Assembly: GCA_965231215.1 (NCBI GenBank)
Contig: OZ246423.1
Coordinates: forward strand, 448,001 to 512,000
Reading direction: 5' to 3'
Length of the DNA stretch: 64,000 nucleotides
Origin: Candidatus Altimarinota bacterium
GTDB taxonomy: Bacteria > Patescibacteriota > Gracilibacteria > UBA4473
Part shown: positions 10,901 through 18,429 of the stretch, one piece after another
Position numbering within the stretch: position 1 is the first letter of the stretch
Layout of the letters: each line of letters opens with the position of its first letter
Notes under the pieces: generated by a model
Told to the model about the DNA's origin: nothing
Seen by the model: the letters and a program-made list of their open reading frames with translations, nothing else
The model's database searches: none
Translations under genes and position numbers: made by a program

Positions 10901-12412
10901 GAAAAAGGATACCCTATTACTTTCCGAAACATTATTGGGGTTTCCAGCGCTGAAAACGATGGAACCACGGGTTCTCCTGCCGCAGAACAAACCTGTACAC
11001 ATCTAGGATTCTCTGGCGGTCAGGTAAACGTAAGCTCTGCTTATACTTCTAGAATTGAATATGTCGTAGATGGAAAACAAATTGTTCTACCAGGGGGTAA
11101 CCTTGGAATGTTCGCAGGAGAAAGTTGTGTCTTTGCTGACATTTGTCCTGTGAGCTGCCCAGCAGATCCTCCAGTAGGACACCGATGTCATATTTGTTCT
11201 CTCTACCCTGACCTCTGTTGTACAGACCCAGTGGCTTGTAATCCAATCTGTACCAGTCCGCCCTGTTCTGGAGTTCCTGTTTGTACTAATCCTCCTTGCT
11301 CTGGTTTAGCCGGAGGCGGTGATGACGACGACGATGATGACGACGACGATGACGATGATGATGACGATTTTGCAGTTGAATGTGCCGGACTTACCCCTCA
11401 AGAATGTATCTGTCAGGTGATCCTCCCAGGCTCTTGTGTAGAAACTGAGTACCTAGAACCAGGCGCTGATATTGAAGGTGGTTTCCTCGCTTCAGACGAT
11501 GAATTTGTGTACATCAATTCTCAAACTAAAACCATTGAAGTAAACGATGAAGCCGTTGGCCTTGGAGACACTTTCGTAACAGACGTACGAGAAGATGTTA
11601 ATAGAAATATCTACGATATCACTCGAGGTATCCCCGCTATTCCAAACAGTGGAAATACCATTGATCTAAAACTTCGAGATCTAGAACACAAAGGAATCAC
11701 TTACATTGAGGGCGGTTTAGTCAGAATCGGTTTCCATAGTAATGGAGCTGTCGGGACTCAGAATAATCCGGCCCAAATGTCAGGCGGAGCCCATACCCTC
11801 ATCATCAAAGACGGGAACCTCCTAATCGCTGGTGACCTAGCTTATGACTCCATTGATGATTCATTCGGTATTGTGATGCTCAATACCAGCAGCGAAACTC
11901 CATTCTTAGCTGGACCTGACGTTGGTAATGTCTTCATCCACCATAACGTAAAACACGTAGTTGGAAACATCTACGCTGATGGCTCTATCCTCAGTACTTC
12001 ATCTCTCTCCGCTCCAACAGGCATAGAACCCGATATTGTAGCTGAACGAGAAAACATTGATGGAGTCCTAAAACAACAACTCATACTTACCGGCTCTATT
12101 CTTACAAGAAACACCCTTGGAGGCTCCCTTCTGGTAGAACCTAAAGATCCTTGGGGCAGAGTCGTCTCTATTGAAGACGCTCAAAAATATGACCTTCACT
12201 ATATACGAAGATACCTTCCTCGGTTTGAGAGCCCCTCTCCTGGCGTGATTCTCCATCAAAACAAACCAGACTGTACTCAATTCGCTCCTGATGTCTGCTA
12301 CGACAATAAACACTCCTTCATCATTAGAATTGACCCAAGAATCAGAGAAAATCCCCCTCCTGGGTTTAGCCTCTCAGAATCTGTTGATTTCCAATCTAAT
12401 TTTGGGAACTAG
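7946..12412 (+). CDS. Giant secreted protein with a coiled-coil insert, Ig-like module and Cys-rich/poly-Asp region
   Basis: 1488 aa. Signal peptide (VLA-Q), Ig-like motif GDYKITLRIYDKAGN, Asp16 at 11321-11368. Confidence 0.85.
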   Translation: MNLKKILQLSTAAHLILMSGIVLAQSNTTNIQTSITNTYTNNTTSVNTQIIGRNAGGASPHDLSSASPNRRIPIGLGTLSQTPRLDGTSQKREGVWYVSLRRSTISGVQTGNQIVRHDLTPPRCNNQWPIGLNGEWTNAPIEFDAGDPGVCTDQLTQNGVTYDNRGAGCRSGEKVRVLQHGQSVNFPITDNVGNQKPGGCTTPPSKIDCRLPIVSSLLLQHKGLNLNTETPSTNASTPNTFRADDGVLNLVMELRDAEESISCGLSGINWNELSHESEIGGLQYQLANLIDELALMEDEYDLKKAEEIVAKGNVIESSIGKLSHELQRNLWKQSFQALNLSDSIVKQPLAEFQSQLSVLGGRTIEKANMDIIMEILESEKFDDLDQRDDFVNALQDTNLEFLESQISNYIFLANDTVNNFDVPSKGAPDEIEGFSRLTNLLNEWQAEITENYAHVIPNWTESILATDTAINDQYNDPYLPYKGAHDGTNIQVKMAQLYEYTPEDNLPQLTTNLESGANQSRLNIGEAILQLDQLNSEMSSVITYLNNYDPVDGEFDPSPVEELIDRALNFQLSVETVQADLDEFLGILGNPLSEFDYYKVLPTDAIISSLDSTISDYQTELTSNIFELETKKTNTVALLAQIETKNEEIAAVSARIIELQEESIEDDSADLKQLEISHVEIERTTGPSKVEEFINLSPTPVGGDIYEWNINQYTFPGESYPIFSQAGDYKITLRIYDKAGNQVTPNRIAHIRIHPAAAHETQTENTLTHDCDKTNLWANYSDRCDIDFTVKDEWENPIAQNSALEIYAVTQDTEGSYDIITGNGENYPNGLRFDAGVKVDGKHKVNWNSSTSGAQNMKMRAILPTVNIINGIDGAALMSVSRKPLALNFIYPQVNERGLVQPETQNFGIDIHARFKPWVYLHLSDKQDNQPPTSPWVVQKDVEKCIYTYATTESSSRNLPRNFNVYLKGHTDNGVILYNKDLKSPEKGYPITFRNIIGVSSAENDGTTGSPAAEQTCTHLGFSGGQVNVSSAYTSRIEYVVDGKQIVLPGGNLGMFAGESCVFADICPVSCPADPPVGHRCHICSLYPDLCCTDPVACNPICTSPPCSGVPVCTNPPCSGLAGGGDDDDDDDDDDDDDDDDFAVECAGLTPQECICQVILPGSCVETEYLEPGADIEGGFLASDDEFVYINSQTKTIEVNDEAVGLGDTFVTDVREDVNRNIYDITRGIPAIPNSGNTIDLKLRDLEHKGITYIEGGLVRIGFHSNGAVGTQNNPAQMSGGAHTLIIKDGNLLIAGDLAYDSIDDSFGIVMLNTSSETPFLAGPDVGNVFIHHNVKHVVGNIYADGSILSTSSLSAPTGIEPDIVAERENIDGVLKQQLILTGSILTRNTLGGSLLVEPKDPWGRVVSIEDAQKYDLHYIRRYLPRFESPSPGVILHQNKPDCTQFAPDVCYDNKHSFIIRIDPRIRENPPPGFSLSESVDFQSNFGN
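11321..11368 (+). repeat. GAY x16 tract encoding poly-Asp
   Basis: Sixteen consecutive mixed GAT/GAC codons. Confidence 0.95.
11798..12410 (+). repeat. Direct repeat, copy 2 (may extend further 5')
   Basis: Matches 1..613. Confidence 0.95.
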
Positions 12413-12427
12413 AAACGAAAATAAAAA

Positions 12428-12457
12428 GAAAAGAGCAGGCCAAGGCCTGCTCTTTTC
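12428..12457. terminator. Bidirectional intrinsic terminator
   Basis: Perfect inverted repeat GAAAAGAGCAGGCC-AA-GGCCTGCTCTTTTC between convergent genes. Confidence 0.85.
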
Positions 12458-12467
12458 ATAACTGAAC

Positions 12468-13436
12468 TTATGGTAAAGTTCTCTGATCAAAAACATCACC
12501 AAACAGTTCATCAAACTTCATAGAAAAAGGTTTACAAAAAAGCTGTGTACAACGATTGGTTAAAACCTCCGGCCAAACCCCATTGTATTTAACAGAGTGC
12601 TGAAAACTTAGTCCAGCAAGAAGGAGGAAACAAAAACCAATAAACAACCCCTGAACTAAATTTCTTACCCCTTTTTCTTCACAGTACATAAAAACAACTT
12701 CCATACACTGTACAAAGAAATAAGCGGCAAAAAAGCTATAATTTTCATTAATAAAAAGCCTAAAAATAAAAAACAGCAAAGATATCTGAGTCACAAATAA
12801 AATCCTATAAATTCTTTTGGCAGGAATCGTAGCCGGATCGGTAAACCCAAAAAACATTTGGATAAAAAAGCTCCCCGTTAAATACAAAATCAATAAATCT
12901 TCCCAGCTATAAGTAGTAAAGAGATTGAGCCAGACAAAAAAGCTCACAAAAAAAGCAATTACCGCATCCATAAACCCAACCCGCCACATCACAATACTTC
13001 CTAAAACAGAAATAGCGGTTAAAACCTTCCAATCACTTCCCCACTGCAACGGATTAGTAAAAGCCACGTAAGGAAATAAGGCAATAGTCAGTAAAATAGC
13101 CGAATAAGAAGGATTTAAAAAGTGCTTTCCTCTAAAACGCACAAAGTGCTTAGAAAAAATAGTCATAAACGCGGCAAAAGCATACAACCAAGGATTAGCC
13201 GTCCGCAAAAACAAACAAATACCAATCCCCGAATTCACGGCTGAAAACGGAAAGGCTTTTTTACCTGTAGCCGCGTACTTAAAAATAAAATCTAAACTCA
13301 ATATAAGACTAAGAACAATAAAAATCTCAGTCCAATCAATGTCTACATAACCGAAATATTTACCTCCTACCAAAAGGAGCGAACCAATGGCAAAAGTTTG
13401 TAATAATTGTGGATTAATATTTTTAAAAGCAATCAT
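12468..13436 (-). CDS. Orphan RnfD/NqrB-family (UnbU-like) membrane protein
   Basis: Multi-TM protein with SKHFVRFRGKHFLNPS, QWG and FTDPATIP. No (S/T)GATPL FMN-attachment motif. No other rnf/nqr genes in the window. Confidence 0.75.
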   Translation of the reverse strand: MIAFKNINPQLLQTFAIGSLLLVGGKYFGYVDIDWTEIFIVLSLILSLDFIFKYAATGKKAFPFSAVNSGIGICLFLRTANPWLYAFAAFMTIFSKHFVRFRGKHFLNPSYSAILLTIALFPYVAFTNPLQWGSDWKVLTAISVLGSIVMWRVGFMDAVIAFFVSFFVWLNLFTTYSWEDLLILYLTGSFFIQMFFGFTDPATIPAKRIYRILFVTQISLLFFIFRLFINENYSFFAAYFFVQCMEVVFMYCEEKGVRNLVQGLFIGFCFLLLAGLSFQHSVKYNGVWPEVLTNRCTQLFCKPFSMKFDELFGDVFDQRTLP

Positions 13437-13510
13437 AATAATTTAATACTAGGGAAATCATAATAATTATTTTAACAAAATTATGAAAATGATATATTAA
13501 ATATAATCCA

Positions 13511-14779
13511 ATGCGCAAAAAATTAAACCAATTCATTGAAGCCTACAAAAAGGGCTTCTGCATCGAAGAAATTGAAAAAGACCGTGTCTTGCAATGGACC
13601 TTTGGCGCCTTTATCTTTGGATTATTTTTAAACTTCAATACCTGGGTGGGTAATGGTAGATTTACCAAAGAAGCTGTGGATGATTTCGGACACGTATGCT
13701 GGCCTTATGCCCAAAACTGTGAAGTTTTTGGCTTCCTTTCTGCACTTCCTTACGGCTATACCCAAAACATGTGGTTTATGGGGTTATTTGGGCTTCTAGC
13801 ACTGGCCGTTTATTTCATGTACCAAAAAAAGTGGCACTATGCCCAAATGATCGTTTTAATATGCCTCCTTTGGAAGGCGCTTATTACCTTTACCTCTATG
13901 TGGCATACCGGTAATTATGAATATTATCTCATTGTATTTGGGCTCATTTTGCTGTGTTTTCCACACAAGCTTTTCTTTTTGAAGTTTAGTTTGGTGCTTT
14001 TTTACTTCCTTTCCACCGCTGCCAAGATCAATGATAGCTGGATTTTAGGAAGCTACTTTACCGCTCTAAAAACAGGTTTGCCAATATTCCCCGATAGCAC
14101 CATTCCCTTTTGGACAAATCTAGTGATCCTTATGGAAATGATTTTTGCGTGGTTCTTACTGGGACCAAACACAAAATTCCGAAAACTGATTTTTCTCTTC
14201 TTTGTAGCCTTCCATTTGTATTCAGGAATATTGGTAGGTTTCCGGTATCCAGCAACCGTCATGCCTATGCTGTTAATTCTATTTGGCCCTTGGTACAAAC
14301 ACACGTTACCACCAACAGGCTTAAAAACCCTTCCTGGATGGATTTTAGTCGGCCTTTTATGTTTAGGGCAGGCCTGGTCACACTTTATCCCAGGAGACGA
14401 GAGACTGACACTTGAAGGGAACTTCTACGGTCTGTATATGTTTGAAGCCAATCACCAGTGCTTTTCTACGCGAACCATCTACTACAAAGATGAAACGGAA
14501 CCCCAAAAAGGTCAAAGAGTAAGCTTTACTTCACGAGGACGGTGTGATCCATACCGGTATTGGTTTCGGTTCAACAAGCAGTGTGAAAAAGAGACAAATA
14601 TCAAGCGTATCGAGTGGACCTTTGACCATTCTATCAATGGACATCCATTCTATCGAATTGTCGATACTCCAAACATTTGTGATCTTGAATATAAACCTTT
14701 CACCAAAAATAATTGGATCAAAACCCCTGATACTGGTGCTGAGGTCGTAGGTTATCCAGGAAAAAACTACTATTATTAA
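13511..14779 (+). CDS. HTTM-domain / vitamin K-dependent gamma-carboxylase-like membrane protein 3
   Basis: Motifs HVCWP, GNYEY, YFLSTAAKINDSWILG, AFHLYSG, PGDERLTLEGNFYGLYMFEANHQC, DHSINGHPFYRIVD. Confidence 0.75.
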   Translation: MRKKLNQFIEAYKKGFCIEEIEKDRVLQWTFGAFIFGLFLNFNTWVGNGRFTKEAVDDFGHVCWPYAQNCEVFGFLSALPYGYTQNMWFMGLFGLLALAVYFMYQKKWHYAQMIVLICLLWKALITFTSMWHTGNYEYYLIVFGLILLCFPHKLFFLKFSLVLFYFLSTAAKINDSWILGSYFTALKTGLPIFPDSTIPFWTNLVILMEMIFAWFLLGPNTKFRKLIFLFFVAFHLYSGILVGFRYPATVMPMLLILFGPWYKHTLPPTGLKTLPGWILVGLLCLGQAWSHFIPGDERLTLEGNFYGLYMFEANHQCFSTRTIYYKDETEPQKGQRVSFTSRGRCDPYRYWFRFNKQCEKETNIKRIEWTFDHSINGHPFYRIVDTPNICDLEYKPFTKNNWIKTPDTGAEVVGYPGKNYYY

Positions 14780-14780
14780 A

Positions 14781-14963
14781 ATGGACAATTTTACTATCTA
14801 CACAGAACCCGTTATCCAATTAATTCCCATGCAGGTATGGATAAAATCTTACTGGCATATTATCTACCCACTCTGGTGGAGTATCTTTGCAACCGTAAGT
14901 TTGGTAGTAATTTATGTATTTTTAATAGAGCCGTATTTAAAAACAAAGGGTAAAAAGCCGTAA
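14781..14963 (+). CDS. Small single-pass membrane protein, paralog of 2500..2724
   Basis: Contains PLWWSIFATVSLVVIYVFLIEPYLK. Starts 1 nt after the HTTM3 stop. Confidence 0.65.
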   Translation: MDNFTIYTEPVIQLIPMQVWIKSYWHIIYPLWWSIFATVSLVVIYVFLIEPYLKTKGKKP

Positions 14964-15031
14964 AAATCACATAAAAAAACCCTAAAACCTTTAAGGGAAA
15001 CCAGGAAATTCATTCCTTTTTCAACCTTCTC

Positions 15032-16096
15032 TCAGGCCTGCTCCATCAGGTTTTTTTGATCCTCAATGGCCAACGCCTCCACAATTTTCCCAATATTCCC
15101 ATCCAGAATCCCCGGAAGATTGGAAAAGTTCTGCCCAATTCGGTGATCAGTCACTCGATCTTGTGGAAAGTTATAGGTTCGGATTTTATCGGATCTATCC
15201 CCTGAGCCAATCTGAGCCAGACGAGTTTCTCCCAGTTCTTTTTGTTTTTTCTCTGCTTCCATTGCATGTAACCGAGCTCGAAGAACACTGAAGGCTTTGT
15301 CTTTATTTTTGTGTTGAGACTTTTCATCCTGACACGTCACTACCAACCCCGTTGGCACATGAGTAAGGCGAACGGCAGAATCTGTAGTATTTACAGACTG
15401 CCCTCCACATCCTCCAGAACGAAATACATCTACCCGCACCTCCGCTGGGTTAATCTCAATCTCGGCTTCCTCTACTTCCGGCATAACCACCACAGAAATA
15501 GCTGAAGTATGAACTCGCCCTTGAGATTCCGTGGTAGGAATTCGTTGAACCCTATGAACTCCAGATTCATATTTAAGTTTTCCATACGCCCCAAAACCTT
15601 CTACTCGAAAAATCATTTCCTTTATGCCGCCTCCTTCATTCGTTGAATCTGACATGATTTCAACTTTAAACTCATTAATTTCTGCAAACCGTAAAATCAT
15701 TCGGCTTACTTCTTCAGCAAACAAGGCGGCTTCATCGCCTCCAACCCCGGCACGAATTTCTACTATACACGACTTTTCATCATTAGGATCGGTTGGGATC
15801 AAAGCGACTTTAAGCGCTTCCTCCACTTCTGGGAGCTTTTCTTTGGCTTCTTCTAATTCTAACTTAGCCATTTCTAACATTTCTGGATCCTTCTCTGTAG
15901 CCAAAATTTCGGCCGCATCTTTTTTTTGTTGAGCACACTTTAAGTATTCCTGGGCGATCTGCGCTTTGGGTTCTAAAGACTTTCTTTGTTGTGAAAGCTT
16001 CACAAAACGCGATTGATCACTAAAAACACTCGGATCAGAGAGTTCTTTTTCCAAGGCCTCAAAGTCTTTCACAACCTTTTGCGCTTTACCTTCCAT
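15032..16096 (-). CDS. prfA: Peptide chain release factor 1
   Basis: [16 protein letters not shown] (PxT motif), [11 protein letters not shown]. Confidence 0.97.
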   Translation of the reverse strand: MEGKAQKVVKDFEALEKELSDPSVFSDQSRFVKLSQQRKSLEPKAQIAQEYLKCAQQKKDAAEILATEKDPEMLEMAKLELEEAKEKLPEVEEALKVALIPTDPNDEKSCIVEIRAGVGGDEAALFAEEVSRMILRFAEINEFKVEIMSDSTNEGGGIKEMIFRVEGFGAYGKLKYESGVHRVQRIPTTESQGRVHTSAISVVVMPEVEEAEIEINPAEVRVDVFRSGGCGGQSVNTTDSAVRLTHVPTGLVVTCQDEKSQHKNKDKAFSVLRARLHAMEAEKKQKELGETRLAQIGSGDRSDKIRTYNFPQDRVTDHRIGQNFSNLPGILDGNIGKIVEALAIEDQKNLMEQA

Positions 16097-16141
16097 TTCG
16101 AGCCAGATAGTACAAAACCATATCTAAAAATCAAATAATCA

Positions 16142-16169
16142 TTGACACTCCAATAGGCTCGCCTAAACT
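16142..16169 (+). promoter_or_regulatory. Sigma70-type promoter for the leader peptide and DAHP synthase
   Basis: TTGACA-N16-TAAACT, ending 12 nt before the leader ATG. Confidence 0.65.
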
Positions 16170-16181
16170 CAGACACAACAG

Positions 16182-16238
16182 ATGCAAAAATTTTTTTACG
16201 GATTCTTTTACTTTTGGTTCAACCGCGGGTTGGCATAG
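16182..16238 (+). CDS. Aromatic-amino-acid attenuator leader peptide MQKFFYGFFYFWFNRGLA
   Basis: 18 codons with 6 Phe, 2 Tyr and 1 Trp clustered in codons 4-13, directly upstream of DAHP synthase. Not in the ORF track. Confidence 0.85.
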   Translation: MQKFFYGFFYFWFNRGLA

Positions 16239-16270
16239 TAAGACGTAAAAAAAAATTTAAATCTTTATGT

Positions 16271-16301
16271 GCCGCCCAGACCAAAGGACGGCTTTTTCTT
16301 T
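16271..16301 (+). terminator. Attenuator terminator hairpin
   Basis: GCCGCCC...GGACGGC followed by TTTTTCTTT. The 5' arm can alternatively pair with GGGTTGGCA (16227-16235). Confidence 0.65.
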
Positions 16302-16311
16302 ATAAAAATAA

Positions 16312-17361
16312 ATGATTATGAGTTACACCGTAGAAAAATCACTCCCTTCTGCTTCTCAAGTTCTAGCAGCATTACCCTTAGATCAAGCCTCCATTGATCA
16401 AGTAGCCAAAGATCAACAAGAAATCAAAAACATTATTGAAGGCAAAGATCCACGAAAAATTATGGTCATTGGCCCTTGTAGTGCCTGGCCAGACAAAGCC
16501 GTCATTGAATATGCCGCAAAACTAGCCCCAGTCGCCAAAAAAGTAGAAGACAAGTTCAAGATTATCCTCAGAACTTACCTCCAAAAACCAAGAACCACTG
16601 TCGGGTGGCTTGGCCCCGTAAATCAACCAGATCCATTTACTGAACCAGATCTAGAAAAAGGCACTTATTATTGTCGCTCCATGATGATAGAAGCCCTCAA
16701 AGAAGGGTACGCACTAGCCGATGAAGCACTCTTCACGCATAATGATTCTTACTTTGTAGACCTGCTTAGTTGGATTGCCATCGGCGCTAGGTCAGCCGAA
16801 GACCAAGAACACCGAATTTTCGCCTCAATGATCTCTCAGCCTGTAGGGCTCAAAAATCCAACCTCAGGGAATATCAAAATCGGTATTAATTCTATTGTTG
16901 CCGCTCAACACTCACATACATTTGCCTTCCATGGAAAACAGATCAAGACTTCTGGAAACCCACATGCTCATCTTATTCTCCGAGGCGGCAACGCTACCTC
17001 AAATCACGGATATGAATTTTTGCTAGAGGCCAGTGAAGGGCTTCAAAAGGCTAAAGTACAAAATCCAAGTATCATTGTAGACGCCAGTCACGATAACTCC
17101 ATTTGCTCAAAATCTGGACAGAAAGATCCAAACCTTCAGCCTCAAATCATTGAAGAAATTCTGGAAAGCATGAACCAAAACCAACTAATTGGAAAAACCG
17201 TTAAAGGATTCATGGTAGAAAGCTTCCTCCTTGAAGGAAAGCAAGACGCTACCAAGGCACATTCAGCCGACAAACTCGAATACGGAAAATCCATTACGGA
17301 TGGATGTTTGGGATTTGAACATACAGAAGAAATGCTCCTAAATCTTGCTTCAAAAATCTAA
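16312..17361 (+). CDS. aroF: DAHP synthase, class I-alpha (AroF/G/H family)
   Basis: Motifs VIGPCS, KPRTTVGW, IGARS, VGLKN, VDASHDNS, MVES, YGKSITDGC. Feedback isoform cannot be determined. Confidence 0.92.
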   Translation: MIMSYTVEKSLPSASQVLAALPLDQASIDQVAKDQQEIKNIIEGKDPRKIMVIGPCSAWPDKAVIEYAAKLAPVAKKVEDKFKIILRTYLQKPRTTVGWLGPVNQPDPFTEPDLEKGTYYCRSMMIEALKEGYALADEALFTHNDSYFVDLLSWIAIGARSAEDQEHRIFASMISQPVGLKNPTSGNIKIGINSIVAAQHSHTFAFHGKQIKTSGNPHAHLILRGGNATSNHGYEFLLEASEGLQKAKVQNPSIIVDASHDNSICSKSGQKDPNLQPQIIEEILESMNQNQLIGKTVKGFMVESFLLEGKQDATKAHSADKLEYGKSITDGCLGFEHTEEMLLNLASKI

Positions 17362-17930
17362 GACTCTTTGAGGTGTTTTCTGATTTCTCTCAAAGCCCGA
17401 AGCTGAAGGATTCTAATATTTCCTTCAGTTTTTCCGGTAATTTTGGCAATTTCTTTATTAGAAAATCCTTCCAAAAATTTTAATTCCAAAATTTCTCTAT
17501 GCAGGGGTTTAACCTTTTTCAAAGCCTTGTAGAGCCATTGGTAATCAAGCTCATTATTGGTGACTTCATCGGGCTTTAGGTTCGTTTCATCCGGCAGGTT
17601 CAGAAAAAAGTTTTCAGTTGCTTCATCCTCTGATCCAACCATATCTTTTTTACGTCTATAATGGTCTATCACGCTATTATGAGCGATACGGTATATCCAC
17701 GCTCCAAACCCTACCCCCACTTGTGATTCATATTTAGGCAGGTTCTGCACCAACTTCAAAAACACATCCCCCACAAGGTCTTCACATTCATGAGCCTCGA
17801 CCCGGAACCCAACATAACGATAGATGCGTTCAAAGTAGGCGTCAAATAGCAGTGAAAAGCTTTTCTCATCGCCTTTCTGTGCTTTGGCAACCCAAACTTC
17901 AATCTGAGACTTTTGTGGGTCGGGTCTCAT
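17358..17930 (-). CDS. ECF RNA polymerase sigma-70 factor
   Basis: Region 2 (EDLVGDVFLK, AWIYRIAHN..ID..R) and region 4 (REILELKFLEGFSNKEIA). Confidence 0.92.
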   Translation of the reverse strand: MRPDPQKSQIEVWVAKAQKGDEKSFSLLFDAYFERIYRYVGFRVEAHECEDLVGDVFLKLVQNLPKYESQVGVGFGAWIYRIAHNSVIDHYRRKKDMVGSEDEATENFFLNLPDETNLKPDEVTNNELDYQWLYKALKKVKPLHREILELKFLEGFSNKEIAKITGKTEGNIRILQLRALREIRKHLKES

Positions 17931-17973
17931 AATTTTATTATTAGGATATCTAACCTATAGACAAACTATAAAT

Positions 17974-18426
17974 CTAGTTTTTTTGTGACAAATAAAATTC
18001 CAATATTTTCGCCGCTGCCAGATCGTCTATCCTGGTTTCAGTATTATTTTCAAACGCTTTAGAAGAATACTGCTCATTTACAAAGTGGCCTTCTACTCCA
18101 TATTTTTGAGCGTAACTTTCAGCTATTTTACGAATCTTGAGACATAGGGTATTTTCCTTCCCTGAAACCGATAGAGGAAGACCAAACAATAAATGTTGAA
18201 TTTCTCTTGCCGGAACCACATGGCTCAAAACTGTATCCAACTCAGAAGTTCTTACCACTTGGAGTGGCAGAATAACCATGCCATCAGGACTAAACGCCAG
18301 CCCCGTAAATTTAGTTCCATAATCAACAGACAAAATATGAGTCTGTGAAACACTCATCCTTTCTTGATTTTGGATTTCTAAGTTGAGCTGTTCCCGTTTA
18401 CTGAGTTTTTTCACCATCACCTTCAC
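17974..18426 (-). CDS. ruvX: YqgF/RuvX pre-16S rRNA nuclease (true start may be 18357)
   Basis: Motifs LSVDYGTKFTGLA, GLPL, VNEQYSS, IDDLAAAKILE. Confidence 0.88.
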   Translation of the reverse strand: MKVMVKKLSKREQLNLEIQNQERMSVSQTHILSVDYGTKFTGLAFSPDGMVILPLQVVRTSELDTVLSHVVPAREIQHLLFGLPLSVSGKENTLCLKIRKIAESYAQKYGVEGHFVNEQYSSKAFENNTETRIDDLAAAKILEFYLSQKN

Positions 18427-18429
18427 ACA

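Noticed and set aside
11321-11368. Phase-variable microsatellite
   Set aside because: The tract is in-frame triplets with irregular GAT/GAC mixing, so slippage would not switch the frame.
12468-13436. Functional Rnf/Nqr respiratory complex
   Set aside because: Only one subunit-like gene is present, and it lacks the FMN-attachment motif.
15032-15034. Genetic code 25 (TGA=Gly), as in some Gracilibacteria
   Set aside because: Conserved genes (prfA, prmC, comM) end at TGA at the expected length, and long ORFs are intact under code 11.
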